This document shows, one piece after another, positions 1 through 11,732 of a DNA stretch of 64,000 nt. The position numbers and the translations under genes are program-made. Location: contig CAWDXA010000011.1 of assembly GCA_963806175.1 (NCBI GenBank), forward strand, positions 666,065-730,064. The letters run 5' to 3'. The notes under the pieces are model-generated. The model was not told the DNA's origin. It searched no databases and saw only the letters and a program-made list of their open reading frames with translations. Positions within the stretch are counted from its first letter, which is position 1. Every line of letters starts with the position of its first letter. The DNA comes from an uncultured Chloroflexia bacterium. Lineage in GTDB: Bacteria; Chloroflexota; Limnocylindria; Limnocylindrales; CSP1-4.

Positions 1-176
1 ACGAGCTGTCGCACCTCGGCGTCGTCGTCGTCCTGCGTCGCATCGACCGGAGCCGTCGGCGCGTGGTCGCCGCCCACTTCGTCCGGCCCGTCGCGCGCGA
101 CGTCCACGGTCACCTGCAGCGTCTCGGGCCGGCCGTGCTCGCCACCTGGGATCCCGGGGCTGATCGGCTCGAGCAT
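1..176 (-). CDS. hypothetical protein, N-terminal part only (runs off the window start)
   Basis: Reverse strand reads ATG(176) MLEPISPGIPGGEHGRPETLQVTVDVARDGPDEVGG...DDDDAEVRQL. No stop before position 1, and about 90% G/C at third codon positions. Absent from the ORF track because there is no stop in the window. The codon-sharing + frame is also open, so the strand call is uncertain. Confidence 0.3.
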   Translation of the reverse strand, partial: MLEPISPGIPGGEHGRPETLQVTVDVARDGPDEVGGDHAPTAPVDATQDDDDAEVRQL

Positions 177-420
177 TTCGGCTGGGGCGTCATGCCCGAG
201 CTGGCGATGCGGGCCGGGCGGCGCGCCGGCGACTTCGAGATCGAGGCCGAGGCGCGGCGGGCCTTCCTCGATGGCCTCGTGGCCATCGGGCGAGACCGAC
301 CCCGAGCGCGTCCGAGCGGCGATCGCCGCCTACCGGGCGTCCGCCGCGAGCGCCACCTCCATCAGCCGGCCGTCGTCGGCCGTCCCCTCCCGCGAGATCC
401 GCCCCGAACTGAGGTTCCCG

Positions 421-1857
421 ATGTCGTCCCAGCCTCGACCCACCACCCTCGCCGAGCTCAACGCCTCCGGCTGGCGCTCGCGGACCGTCAAGGAGGAGCT
501 CCGCGCCAACCTGCTCGCCCTGCTCGCCGCCGGCGGCGAGATCATGCCGGCCGTCGTCGGCTACGAGGACTCGGTCGTCCCGGCGATCGAGAACGCGATC
601 CTCGCCGGGCAGGACCTCGTCTTCCTGGGCGAGCGCGGCCAGGCCAAGACGCGCATGGCGCGGCTGCTCGTCGGCCTGCTCGACGAGTGGCTGCCGGTCG
701 TCCGCGGGCGGCGAGCTCAACGACGACCCGTCGGCGCCGGTCAGCCCGGCGGCCCGGGCGATCGTCGAGCGCGACGGCGACGGGACGGCGATCGACTGGC
801 TGCCGCGCGACCGGCGCTACGCCGAGAAGCTGGCCACCCCGGACATCACGATCGCCGACCTGATCGGCGAGGTCGACCCGATCAAGGTCGCCGAGGGCCG
901 CTACCTGTCCGACGAGCTGACCCTCCACTACGGCCTGATCCCGCGCGCCAACCGCGGGATCGTCGCGATCAACGAGCTGCCGGACCTCGCCGAGCGGATC
1001 CAGGTCGGCCTGCTCAACATCCTCGAGGAGCGCGACGTCCAGATCCGCGGCTTCGTCGTCCGCCTGCCGCTCGACCTGTACGTGGTCGCCTCGGCGAACC
1101 CCGAGGACTACACGTCGCGCGGGCGGATCATCACGCCGCTCAAGGACCGGCTCGGTTCGCAGATCCGGACCCACTACCCGCGGACGCTCGAGCACGAGAT
1201 GGCGATCGTCCGCCAGGAGAAGCACCGCTTCGGCGCCGAGGACGGCGTGCCGCCGGTCGTCGTGCCGCCGTTCATGGAGGAGCTGGTCGCCGAGCTGACC
1301 CACCTGGCCCGGCGCTCGCCGGAGATCAGCCAGCGCTCCGGCGTCAGCGTCCGGGTGTCGGTCGCCAACGCCGAGGTGCTCGAGGCCGCCGCGCTCAAGC
1401 GGGCCGTCCGGCTCGGGCGAGCCGCTGGCGCGCGCCGCGGGTCTCGGACCTCGGCGCCGTCGTGGCCTCGACGGTCGGCAAGGTCGAGCTCGAGTCGGCT
1501 GGCGACGAGACCCCCGAGGAGCGGGTCGTCGAGCGGCTCATCACCAAGGCCCTCCACACGACGTTCGGGCGACACGTCTCGGTCGACGAGCTCGACGGCG
1601 TCATCGAGGCGTTCGAGGACGGGCTTCACGGTCGAGACCGGCGACCGAACGCCGTCGCGCGAGTACGTGGCCTGGATGCGCGAGGTCCCGGGCCTGGCGC
1701 GACTGCCGTCCGCGGCCTCGGCACGTTCGACGTGACCGATGGCGCCGAGGAGCCGGCCGTCGTCGCCTCGGCGGTCGAGTTCCTGCTCGAGGGGCTGCAC
1801 CTGGCACGCCGCCTCAACAAGGACCGGATCCCGGGCGGGACGGTCTACCACCGGTGA
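421..1857 (+). pseudogene. MoxR/ChlI-like AAA+ ATPase, reading frame broken as sequenced
   Basis: MSSQPRPTTLAELNASGWRSRTVKEELRANLL...LVFLGERGQAKTRMARLL (P-loop-like) lies in the frame of ORF 271..1857. It continues GELNDDP...AINELPDLAERIQVGLLNILEERDVQIRGF...VVASANPEDY in the frame of ORF 1082..1735. It returns to the first frame near 1440 (VSDLGAVVASTVGKVELE...TVYHR*). Frame jumps are at about 705-712 and about 1415/1441 (two extra G). Confidence 0.8.
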
Positions 1858-4029
1858 CCGCCTACTCGCCGGATCCGCGCGACCTCGCGCCCGAGCCGCG
1901 GCCGGCGGTCCGGGGGGCGGCTGCCGGACGGCCCGGCCGCCCGGGCCCGCTACTCGCGCTGGGACGGCAGCCAGCAGGTCGCGGACCTGGACGCGGACGA
2001 GATCCTGGCCGCGCTCGCCGACGACGTCATGGAGGAGGGCGACCTGGCCGAGGCGCATCCGCCGGCTGATGGAGCGCGGCTGGCGGACCGGCGACGCGAC
2101 CCGCGGCGACCTGGCCGGCCTGCGCGACCTGATGGATCGCCTCGAGCGGCGCCGCGAGGAGCTGCTCGAGCGCTACCAGCTCCGCGACGTCCTGTCGGAC
2201 ATCCGGCGGCGAGCTCGACGAGATCGTCCGGCAGGAACGGCCGGGGTCGAGCGGCGCCTCGACGACGCATCGCGCCCGCCGGCGCCGCCGGCGACGCCGG
2301 GTGACCAGGCGTCCGAGCCGTCCGGCGACGCGAGCGGCCGTCACCGGACGACGCCGCCCTGCGGTCGATGCTGCGCGACGTCGCCGCCCGCCGCCTCGAC
2401 CAGCTCGACGCGCTGCCCACGGACATGGGCGCGCGGATCCGCGGGCTCCAGGACTACGACTTCCTCGAACCGGACGCGCGCCAGCGGTTCGACGAGCTCG
2501 TCGAGCGAGCTTGCGCAAGCAGGTCCTCGACCAGTACGTGTCCGGGCATGTCCGACGCGATCCGGTCGATGAAGCCCGAGGACCTGGCCGCCAACCGCGA
2601 GATGGTCCGCGACCTCAACGAGCTGATCCGGCGAGCGGATCGCCGGCGGCGATCCGGACGCCTCGGCGTTCCTCGCCAGGCACGGCCAGTTCTTCCCGGG
2701 CGCCAGGACCTTCGACGACATCATCGAGCAGCTGGCGCGAGCGGATGGCCGCCATGCAGTCGCTGCTGCGCTCGATGACGCCGGAGCAGCGCGCCGAGCT
2801 CCAGTCGATGATGGAGGCGCTGCTGCGCGACGACCGGCTGCTGATCGACCTCGCCCAGCTGGCGTCGAACCTCGACCTGCTGCTCCCCGGCGGGCTGGGC
2901 GAGCGGCGTGCCGTTCCAGGGCGACGAGCCGCTGGGACTCGATGGCGCGCTGGCCCAGATCGGCCGGCTCCAGGCGATGGACCGGCTCGAGGACGCGCTG
3001 TCCGGACGTCGAGTCGCCGGCGACCTGGCCGCGATCGACCGCGCCGAGGTGCGCGAGCTGCTCGGCGACGACGCGGCACGGGACCTCGACGCGCTCGACG
3101 ACCTGGCGCGACGCCTCCAGGAGGCCGGCTACCTGACAGACCGACGGCGACCGACTGGCGCTGACCGCGCGCGGCAGCCGGAAGATCGGCCAGAAGGTGC
3201 TCGACGACCTGTTCGCGCGGCTGCAGCGCGACGCGTTCGGCGGCCACCGGATCGATCGGGCCGGGCGGGGAGGGGAGCGCGAGGAGACGACCAAGCCGTA
3301 CGAGTTCGGCGACCCGTTCCACCTCGACCTGCGCGGCACGCTGTTCAACGCGCTCGGTCCGCGAGGAGAACGCGCCCGGCGCCCGCGAGGCCGGCCGAGC
3401 GGATCCGGCTTCGGCCGTCCGACTTCGAGGTCCACCGCACCGAGCAGCTGACGCAGACCTCCACGGTGCTGCTGCTGGACATGAGCCGCTCGATGCTCCT
3501 GCGCGGCTGCTTCCTGGCGGCCAAGAAGGTCGCGGTCGCGCTCGACACGCTGATCCGGACGCAGTACCCGCGCGACCACCTGTCGGTGATCGGCTTCGCC
3601 TACTACGCGCGCGAGATCCCGCCTGGCACGCTTGCCGAGCTGACCTGGCACGGCTACGAGTACGGCACCAACCTCCAGCACGGCCTGCTGCTCGCCCGTC
3701 GGATCCTCGGGCGCCACCCGTCGACGAACAAGGAGATCGTGGTCATCACCGACGGCGAGCCGACCGCCCACTTCGAGGACGGCCAGGTCGAGTTCAACTA
3801 CCCGCCGACGCGGCGGACGATCGGCGAGACCCTCCGCGAGGTGCAGCGCTGCACGAAGGAGGGGATCACGATCAACACCTTCATGCTCGAGCGATCGCGG
3901 GCACTGGCCGAGTTCGTCGCGCACCTGACCCGGCTGAACCGCGGCCGGGCGTTCTACGCCACCCCGGAGCGGCTCGGCGAATACGTCCTGGTCGACTTCG
4001 TCAATCGGCGTACCAGGCGGGTGTCGTAG
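1854..4029 (+). pseudogene. von Willebrand factor A (VWA) domain protein, partner of the upstream AAA+ ATPase; frame broken many times
   Basis: GTGA overlap with the ATPase stop. The C-terminal VWA/MIDAS part is intact in ORF 2908..4029 (TVLLLDMSRSM...VVITDGEPTAH...INTFML). The N-terminal two-thirds is pieced together from ORFs 1854, 2029, 1739, 2368, 2301, 2908 and 3197 (YSRWDGSQQVADLDADEILAAL, RLMERGWRTGD, LQDYDFLEPDARQRFDEL, MQSLLRSMTPEQRAELQ). I trace at least 11 frame changes, one in the G6 run at 1913-1918. Confidence 0.8.
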
Positions 4030-4101
4030 GCACGGCCTCGGCGGATCGACCCGCATCGATGGTCGCGGTATCCGTCGGCGCCAGGGCGTCTCGCGGCGGG
4101 A

Positions 4102-4135
4102 GCGAAGCGCGCTATTCTCCAGCCGCGCGCTTCGC
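4102..4135 (+). terminator. GC-rich hairpin downstream of the VWA gene (no U-tract)
   Basis: Perfect 11-bp inverted repeat: GCGAAGCGCGC (4102-4112) and GCGCGCTTCGC (4125-4135), with a 12-nt loop. It lies 73 nt after the stop at 4029. Confidence 0.4.
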
Positions 4136-4179
4136 GGGGCGTCCCTTCCCGCGAATTCGCCACAATGGAGGGTGTGCCG

Positions 4180-4672
4180 ATGCTCCAGCTGTTCCTGTTC
4201 CTGCACGTCATGGGTGCGATCGCCGTCTTCGGGCCTACGTTCGCGTTCGGCATCATCGCCGGACAGGCGCGCAAGAGTCCGCCGAACAGCCATTTCGCGG
4301 CCGCTCTGACGGAGGTCATCGAACGCCGGATCGTCCTGCCCGGTGCCGTCGTCCAGGGGATCACCGGCGTCGGCCTGATCATCATCCTGGGAGCGGATCT
4401 GACCAGCGCCGCCTTCCGCTGGCTCGTCGCCGGGATCGTCCTCTACCTGATCGCGATCCTGTACGCAGCGTTCGTCCAGGCGCCAGCCATCGAGAAGATG
4501 GTCCACCTCACGGCCGGCGGCCCGCCGCCCGGCCCGCCGGCCGCCGGCGTTCCCGCCGGTCCTCCTCCCGAGATCCTCGCCACCGCCCAGAAGCTGCAGC
4601 GCGGCGGGCATGCTCCTGACCGTACTGATCGTCGCGATCGTGATCCTGATGGTGACCAAGCCCGGCTACTAG
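4180..4672 (+). pseudogene. small integral membrane protein (DUF2269-like), one frameshift near the 3' end
   Basis: SD GGAGGG at 4168-4173 precedes ATG 4180. Sequence MLQLFLFLHVMGAIAVFGPTFAFGII... has 3-4 hydrophobic helices. After KLQRGG an extra G shifts the frame. The corrected tail is MLLTVLIVAIVILMVTKPGY*, with TAG at 4670-4672. Confidence 0.5.
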
Positions 4673-4805
4673 GAGACGGTCCGTCGACGGCGGCCACCGA
4701 CGGTGGCCGAAATGACCGTCCGGGCGGGCCGAAGGGCTCTTGCGCGGTCGACTCGAGGGGCCGGTACCATGGACGCTCCGACCCCTTCGAGGAGACTCTG
4801 ACCCC

Positions 4806-6215
4806 ATGCCCGACGTCGCGACATCCCCATCCGACCTGCTGGCTCGCCTGGCGGGCAGCGCCCACCTCGACGGCGACCGGCTCGTCATCGACGACGAGGC
4901 CGCATTTCCGCGATGCCGGGATCCGCGATCTCGCCTGGACCGCCGCATTCTCGATCGACGAGGCGACCATCGAAGCCGCGCAGTGGCTGATCTGGGAGGC
5001 CAGCCAGGTCCTCGGCGCTCGCTCGGCGAGCATCCAGGGGCTGTACGACGCACGCGCGCGCGGCGAGGTGTCGGGCTTCACGGTGCCGGCGATCAACCTC
5101 CGCGCCCAGACCTTCGACATGGCCCGGACCGTCTACGAGACCGCGCAGGCGGCCAACGTCGGCGCCGTGATCCTCGAGATCGCCCGGAGCGAGCAGACGT
5201 ACACGTTCCAGCGGCCGATCGACTTCGCGACCGCGTCCCTCGCCGGAGCCGTCGCGGCCGGCTGGACCGGGCCGGTCTTCCTCCAGGGCGATCACTACCA
5301 GTTCAACGTCAAGAAGTACGCCGCCGATCCCGGAGGCCATGACCGAGGAGATCCGGCGCGCTTGCCGGCTGGCGATCGACGCCGGCTACCGGAACATCGA
5401 CATCGACTCCTCGACGCTCGTCGACCTGTCCAAGCCGAATGCCGACGAGGAGCAACGCGAGAACTACACCCGGGCGGCCGAGCTGACCGCGTTGATCCGC
5501 ACGCTCGAGACCGACGGCGTCACGATCAGCGTCGGCGGCGAGATCGGCGAGGTCGGGACGAAGAACTCGACGGTCGAGGAGCTCCGTGCCTACCTCGACG
5601 GCTACAAGCGCGAGCTGGCCGAGCGGGCGCCTGGCGCCCGCACGATCTCGAAGGTCAGCGTCCAGACCGGCACGTCGCACGGCGGGATCCCGCTGCCCGA
5701 CGGTGGCGTGGCCGAGGTCAAGCTCGACTTCGAGGTGCTGCGCGAGCTCGGCGAGGTCGCCCGGACGTACGGGCTGGCCGGGCGCCGTCCAGCACGGCGC
5801 GTCGACCCTTCCGGACGCCCTGTTCCACCGGTTCCCGGCGGTCGAGACGGCCGAGATCCACCTCGCGACCGGCTTCCAGAACGCCCTGTACGAGCACCCG
5901 GCCTTCCCGGAGGAACTCCACCGCGAGATCGAGGCCTGGTGCTACGCGAACCTCGCCGACGAGCGCAAGTCGGGCCAGACCGACCAGCAGTTCGTGTACA
6001 CGAGCCGCAAGAAGGCGATCGGGCCGTTCAAGCGCCAGCTGTGGGACCTCGACACGAAGGACGAGATCCTCGCGGCGCAACGACGGAAGATCGCGTACCT
6101 GTTCAGCGAGCTTCGGGTCAACGACACGCGGCCGATGGTCGACCGGTACGTGACGCCGGTCGAGGTTCACCGGCCGATCCCGGTCTCCCTGCGCGAGGCC
6201 GTCGCGACGCGCTGA
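4806..6215 (+). pseudogene. fba: class II fructose-bisphosphate (ketose-bisphosphate) aldolase, frame broken about 3 times
   Basis: Pieced from ORFs 4740, 4165, 5339 and 5586. Motifs: [90 protein letters not shown]. Frame jumps at about 4905, 5335 and 5780. Confidence 0.85.
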
Positions 6216-6240
6216 GCCCGGCCTTCGCCTCCTCCGGACC

Positions 6241-6304
6241 GGGCCGCGGCCGCCGCCTGAGCGGCCCGCGACCTCACCGACCCGCGCGGTGCGCTGCGCG
6301 GGTC
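6241..6304 (+). terminator. two consecutive GC hairpins after fba
   Basis: Hairpin 1: GGGCCGC (6241-6247) and GCGGCCC (6261-6267). Hairpin 2: perfect 9-bp stem GACCCGCGC (6279-6287) and GCGCGGGTC (6296-6304) with an 8-nt loop. Confidence 0.45.
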
Positions 6305-6461
6305 CGTTGCACGAATCCCGTTGGAACGGGCCGGATGCGGTGCTATCCTCCCGCGCAGGTTCGACCACGAATGAGGGATTCGTGGCCCGATCGTCCCCGG
6401 CGCTCCGTGTCACTCCAGAGGGCAGCTCGCACCCACCGGTGCGGAGGTAGGAGGAGAACTC
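6305..6461 (+). promoter_or_regulatory. structured 5' leader of the permease gene (unclassified)
   Basis: Locally AT-richer stretch. Perfect 8-bp hairpin CCACGAAT-GAGGG-ATTCGTGG at 6365-6385. CTATCCTCCCGC (6343-6354) is partly complementary to GCGGAGGTAG (6441-6450), next to SD AGGAGGAG (6449-6456) and GTG 6462. No known riboswitch consensus recognised. Confidence 0.25.
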
Positions 6462-8125
6462 GTGGCGGGACCAGGTAACAGCTCCCATGACATCGCGGCT
6501 CGTGATGACGCGCACCTGCGTTCGCTGGGCATCAAGCCCGAGCTGCAGACGGACGCTCGGGTTCCTGTCGAACTTCGCGATCGCGTTCAGCTTCATCAGC
6601 GTCTCGACCGGATCGTTCGGCGAACTTCGGCGTCGGCGATCGGTCTCGGCGGACCAGCGTTCTTCTGGTCGTGGCCGATCGTCATCGGCGGGCCAGCTGC
6701 TCGTTGCGCTCGTCTTCGCCGAGCTTGCCAGCCACTTCCCGGTCGCCGGCTCGATCTACCAATGGTCGAAGCGGCTGAGCAACCGGACGCTCGGCTGGTT
6801 CACCGGCTGGTTCTACTTCTGGGCGCAGGTCGTGTCACCGTCACGGCTGTCGCCGTCATCGTCGCCGTTCGTGATCGACGGCATCCATGGCGCGATGCCC
6901 GACGGTCGGGTTCCTCGACTCCCCGGATCCGACCGGGATCACCACGATGTTCACGTTCGTGTCGCTCGTCGACGCTGGTCCTCACGACCGCTGATCAACG
7001 CCTTCGGCGTGCGCCTGCTGTCGATCCTGAACAACATCGGTGTTGGCGACCGAGATCCTCGGCATGTTCGTCTTCGCGCTGATCCTGCTGTTCTTCGCCA
7101 ATCACCAGTCGCCGTCGGTCCTGTTCGACACGGGCGGGACGCGGAGTGGCGACCGGCGGCAACTACCTGCCGGCCTTCCTGCTCGGGCATGTTCATGGCC
7201 CTGTTCGTCGTCTACGGCTTCGACACCGCCGGGACGTTCGGCGAGGAGACCATTGACGCCGGCCGCCAGGCGCCGCGCGGCGTCCTCGCCTCCATCCTGA
7301 TCTCCGGGGTCGTCGGCGCCGTCTTCCTGCTCGGCCGTGATCCTGTCGATCCCGAGCATCCCGGAGCGCGATGGCCGAGGGCCAGGCCGGTCGGGTTCCC
7401 GATCGCGACGACGATCACAGGCCGTCCTGACCGACCGAGCTCATCGGCGGGATCACCCTCGGCGAGCTCTACCTGTTCGTGATCCTCGCGTCCGTCTTCG
7501 TCTGCACCCTGGCGATCCAGGGTGCGGCCACCCGGATGATGTTCTCGATGAGCCGCGACCGGCACCTGCCGTTCGGTGGCGCTGTGGGGCCAGGTCAACC
7601 CGACCTTCCGGACGCCGACCAACGCCGCCATCGCGGTCGGGGTCCTCGCCGCGCTGCCGATCCTGCGTGATCGGCCCGCTCGGCGGCTTCTTCATGTCGA
7701 TCGCCGCGACCGGGCTGATCTACCTCAGCTACTTCCTGTGCAACCTCGGCGTCCTGCTGGCGCGCCGCCGCGGCTGGCCGCACAAGCCGCGCCTGGTTCA
7801 ACCTCGGTCGTGGGGCATGCTCATCAACATCCTCGCCCTGGTCTGGGGTGGCGCGATGATCGTCAACATCGGGCATCTGGCAGGACACCGGACCTGTTCG
7901 GCGACTTCGGCGGCGACGGCCGCGGGCTTCACCAATCCGTTCATCGGCACGTTCTTCACGCCGTTCGGCAACACGATCGAGACCTGCCGGCCATGGCCGT
8001 GTTCGAGGTCCTCGTCGGCGTGATCCTGATCATCGGGATCCTCTACTACGCCTCTCGCACGTCGCGGGCGGGCCCACGACGTCGAGTCGGCCGACGCCGT
8101 GACCGGTGAGGCCGTCATCGGCTAG
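6462..8125 (+). pseudogene. APC-superfamily amino acid/ethanolamine-type permease, heavily frame-broken
   Basis: Fragments across ORFs 6462, 6487, 7040, 7337, 7479 and 7576. Motifs: RTLGFLSNFAIAFSFISVSTG, GGPAFFWSWPIVIGG, LVALVFAELASHFPVAGSIYQWSKRL, LINAFGVRLLSILNNIGV, FMALFVVYGFDTAGTFGEE, YLSYFLCNLGVLLARRRGWP. At least 8 frame changes. The 3' end is approximate. Confidence 0.8.
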
Positions 8126-8267
8126 CCATCGCCGTCCACGCGTTCGACGACGGCGCGGCGAGCGATCGCCGCGCCGTCCACTGCCCGGAGCCACGAGAGG
8201 GATCGCCGGCACGTGAACCCGGAAGCAGCCGCTCCACGGGGAGCTCCACGACGACCTCGTCCGGGCA

Positions 8268-9155
8268 ATGCAGAAGGTGCCCGAGCTGGCAGGCCGCGAG
8301 CTCACGCTCACGCCGATCTCCGGCGGCATCACGAACCGGAACTTCCGCGTCGACGCCGCCGGCACCGGCGGCGCCTGGGTCATCCGGCTGGCCGGCAACG
8401 ACACGCACCTGCTCGGCATCAGCCGCGAGGTCGAGCACGCGGCGACCGTCGCCGCGGCGGGCGTCGGGGTCGGGCCGGAGGTGACCGCGTTCATCCGCCC
8501 GGAGGGCTACCTGGTCACCCGGTTCATCACGGGATCGCCCGTCACCGACGAGGCGGTCCATCGTCCCGAGACGTTGCGCCGGGTGGCCGATTCGCTTCGT
8601 CGGATCCACGACGGCCCGGCGATCCCGGGCCTGTTCGTGCCGCTCCGCATCGCGGACGCGTACCGCGCCCTCGCGCTCGAACGCGGCGTGCCGATCCCGC
8701 CGGAGTACGAGCTGGCCGCGGCGATCGGCCGGCGGATCGAGCTCGCCTTCCTGTCCAACCCGCTCGAGCTGCGGCCCTGCCACAACGACCTGCTCAACGC
8801 CAACTTCATCGACGACGGCGCCCGGATCCGGATCATCGACTGGGAATACGCGGGCATGGGCGACCCGTTCTTCGACCTCGGCAACTTCAGCATCAATCAC
8901 GAGCTGACCCCCGACGAGGACGAGATCCTGCTGGCGGCGTATGACGGCGACGTCCGGCCGGCCCGGCTGGCCAGGCTGACCCTGATGCGGGTCGTGTCGG
9001 ACTTCCGCGAGGCGATGTGGGGCGTGCTCCAGCAGGGGATCAGCTCGCTCGACGTCGACTTCGTCGCGTACGCGGCGTCGAGCTTCGATCGGCTCCTCGC
9101 GAACGCGGCGACCGCTCGCTTCGAGCGCTCCCTGCGCGAAGCCGCCGGCGAGTGA
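8268..9155 (+). CDS. choline/ethanolamine-kinase-like phosphotransferase (APH/protein-kinase-like fold)
   Basis: Intact 295-aa ORF. Motifs: LTPISGGITNRNFRV, catalytic CHNDLLNANFIDDG, IIDWEYAGMGDPFFDLGN. The true start may lie about 55 nt upstream (GTG 8213) behind one more indel, because the in-frame upstream text RKQPLHGELHDDLVRA looks coding. Confidence 0.75.
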   Translation: MQKVPELAGRELTLTPISGGITNRNFRVDAAGTGGAWVIRLAGNDTHLLGISREVEHAATVAAAGVGVGPEVTAFIRPEGYLVTRFITGSPVTDEAVHRPETLRRVADSLRRIHDGPAIPGLFVPLRIADAYRALALERGVPIPPEYELAAAIGRRIELAFLSNPLELRPCHNDLLNANFIDDGARIRIIDWEYAGMGDPFFDLGNFSINHELTPDEDEILLAAYDGDVRPARLARLTLMRVVSDFREAMWGVLQQGISSLDVDFVAYAASSFDRLLANAATARFERSLREAAGE

Positions 9156-9284
9156 GCCGGCCTGGGAGAGGTTCGCGCCGCGTCCCGGCGCACGGGCTGG
9201 CGACGTGACCGCCGCGTCCGGCGGCTACCCTGCAGGTCACGGGCGCACGACGGAAGAAGCGCCCGGCAAAGGAGCGGATCCTCC

Positions 9285-11732
9285 GTGGTCGAGCACGCCC
9301 GGGCGGTGATCATCGGCGGTGGGGTGGGTGGGACGTCCATCGCCTACCACCTGACCGAGCTCGGCTGGACGGACGTGATCCTGGTCGACCGGGCGGAGCT
9401 GACGTCGGGTTCGACGTTCCATTCGGCGGGGCTGGTCGGACAGCTCCGGAGCTCCGTGACCCTGACCCGGATGATGATGTACGGCTCCGACCTCTACCGA
9501 CGCCTGGCGGCCGAGACCGGCACCGACCCGTCGTGGCACGAGGTCGGCTCGCTCCGGCTGGCCTCCACGCCGGAGCGGTTCGAGGAGCTGCGCCGCCAGG
9601 CCGGCTGGGCCAAGACGTTCGGCCTGCCGCTCGAGCTGATCGGCGCCGCCCGAGGCACAGGCGCTCTTCCCGCTGATGTCGACCGAGGGGGTGCTCGGCG
9701 CGGTCTACCTGCCGACCGACGGCTGGCTCGACCCGTCCGGGCTGGCGCTGGCGCTGGCCGCCGGTGCGCGGTCGCGCGGCGCGCAGATCCGGACGCACAC
9801 GCGGGTCGTGGCGATCGGCCAGGAGCGCGGTCGCGTGACCGGCGTGACCGTGGAGCACAAGGGCGAGCGATCCGAGATCCGCGCCGATGTCGTGGTCAAC
9901 GCCGGTGGCATGTTCGCGCCCGAGATCGGGCGGATGGTCGGCGTCAACGTGCCGATCATCCCGATGGCCCACGAGTACCTCTTCACGGAACCGATCGAGG
10001 GCGTCCACCCCGGGCTGCCCCAGCTGCGCGACCCCGACAATCTCGTCTACTTCCGCGAGGAGGTCGGCGGGCTGTGCATGGGTGGCTACGAGCGCCACCC
10101 GGCGCCCTGGTCGCTCGACGGCATCCCCGCGGACTTCAACGGCAAGCTCCTGGCGCCCGACTGGCCGCGCTTCGCCGAGATCATGGACGGCGCGGTCCGG
10201 CGGGTCCCGGCGATCGGCGACGCCGGGATCAACCGGATGATCAACGGCCCCGAGGGCTTCACCCCGGACAACGAGTTCATCCTCGGCGAGAGCGAGGTCC
10301 GTGGCTTCTTCGTGGCTGCCGGCTTCTGCGCTCACGGCATCGCCGGCGCCGGCGGGATCGGGCGCCAGATGGCGACCTGGATCGTCGACGGCGAACCCGA
10401 GCTCGACCTGTGGAAGATGGACATCCGCCGCTTCGGGCGCCACTACCGGAGCCGGAGCTACACGCTTGCGCGCACGACCGAGGTCTACGCGACCTACTAC
10501 GACATCCACTACCCGAACGAGGAGCGCGAGGCGGGCCGCCCGCTCCGGCTCTCGCCGGCCTACTCGCGGCTCCAGGCGCAGGGTGCCGTGTTCGGCGAGA
10601 AGTCCGGCTGGGAGCGCCCGAACTGGTTCGCCTCGAACGAGGACGCCGGGCTCGAGACCGTCCGCCCGCGCGGTTGGGCCGGCCAGCACTGGTCGACCGC
10701 GATCGGCGTCGAGGCGCTCGCGACGCGCAACGCCGCGGGCCTCTTCGACGAGACGTCGTTCGCCAAGATCGAGGTCCGCGGATCCGGGCGCCCGCACCTT
10801 CCTCCAGGCGCGTCTGCGCGAACGACATCGACCAACCGGTCGGGCACGGTCGTCTACACCTCGCTGCTCAACCGGCGCGGCGGGATCGAGTGCGACCTGA
10901 CCGTCACCAGGATCACCGACGACCGGTTCCTGCTCGTGACCGGGACGGCGTTCGGGAAGCACGATCTCGGCTGGTTGCGACGGCACCTGCCGCGGACGGC
11001 AGCGTCCTGCTGAACGACATCACCTCGGGCCGGTCCTGTTTCGGGCTGTGGGGGCCGCGGGCCCGCGACATCCTGGCGGCGACGACCTCGGACGACTCTC
11101 TCGAACGAGGCCTTCCCGTACCTGACCGCGCGGCTGCTCACGGTCGGCGTCGGTCCCGGTCTATGCCCTGCGCGTCACGTACGTCGGCGAGCTGGGCTGG
11201 GAGCTCTATGCCCACACGGAGTTCGGTGCGGCGTTGTGGGACACGCTCTGGGAGGCGGGCCGGCCGCACGGGCATGCTGGCCGGTGGCTACCGGGCGATC
11301 GACGCCCTTCGGCTCGAGAAGGGCTACCGCGTCTGGTCGAGCGACATCACCCCCGACGAGACGCCGTTCGAGGCCGGCCTCGGCTTCGCCGTCCGCCTCG
11401 ACAAGGGCGCGGACTTCATGGGCCGCGAGGCGCTGATCGCCGCCAGGGCGGCCGGTCCGCGCAAGCGGCTGCGCTGCCTGGTCCTGGACGATCCCGCGCT
11501 CGGTCTGCCTCGGCAACGAACCGGTCAGGGTCGGACGGTGCGATCGTGGGGCGGGTCACGTCGGGCGGCTACGGCTTCGCGGTCGAGCGATCCATCGCCT
11601 ACGCCTACCTGCCGCCGGATCGGGCCGCCATCGGGACCCGCGGCGAGGTCGAGGTGTTCGGCGAGTGGATCGGCTTCGAGGTCGCCCGCGAGCCGCTCTA
11701 CGACCCGACCGGCGCAGCGGATCCGCTCGTGA
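9285..11732 (+). pseudogene. dimethylglycine/sarcosine dehydrogenase-family enzyme (FAD DAO domain + GcvT-like folate domain), frame broken
   Basis: SD AAAGGAG precedes GTG 9285. N-terminal VIIGGGVGGTSIAYHL (FAD fold). Long intact middle in ORF 9676..11013. C-terminal GcvT-like text: YRAIDALRLEKGYRVWSSDITPDETPFEAGLGFAV, GAIVGRVTSGGYGF. At least 9 frame changes. Confidence 0.85.

Noticed and set aside
190-420. Coding-like + strand stretch upstream of the MoxR start (MPELAMRAGRRAGDFEIEAEARRAFLDGLVAIG, then ETDPERVRAAIAAYRA after a frame hop). It runs without a stop into the ATPase frame.
   Set aside because: Third-position G/C bias suggests coding. I cannot tell whether it is a separate small frameshifted gene, an N-terminal extension, or noise. 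Homologous ATPases as I recall them start near PTTLAELNASGW. It was therefore not reported as a feature.
2341-4659. Very long reverse-strand ORFs opposite real genes: 2341..4659 (772 aa), 45713..47788 (691 aa), 54013..55908 (631 aa), 60947..63880 (977 aa), 21806..23152, 41828..43147.
   Set aside because: Their products are Arg/Pro/Gly/Asp-rich and low in complexity, with no recognisable motifs. Each lies antisense to a gene with clear family signatures. These are typical shadow ORFs of high-GC DNA.
6216-6461. Known riboswitch (glycine, ydaO/c-di-AMP, guanidine, TPP) ahead of the amino-acid permease.
   Set aside because: I compared by eye with remembered consensus cores (for example CTCTGGAGAG...ACCGAAGGAGCAA for glycine) and found no convincing match on the + strand. 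It is kept only as an unclassified structured leader.
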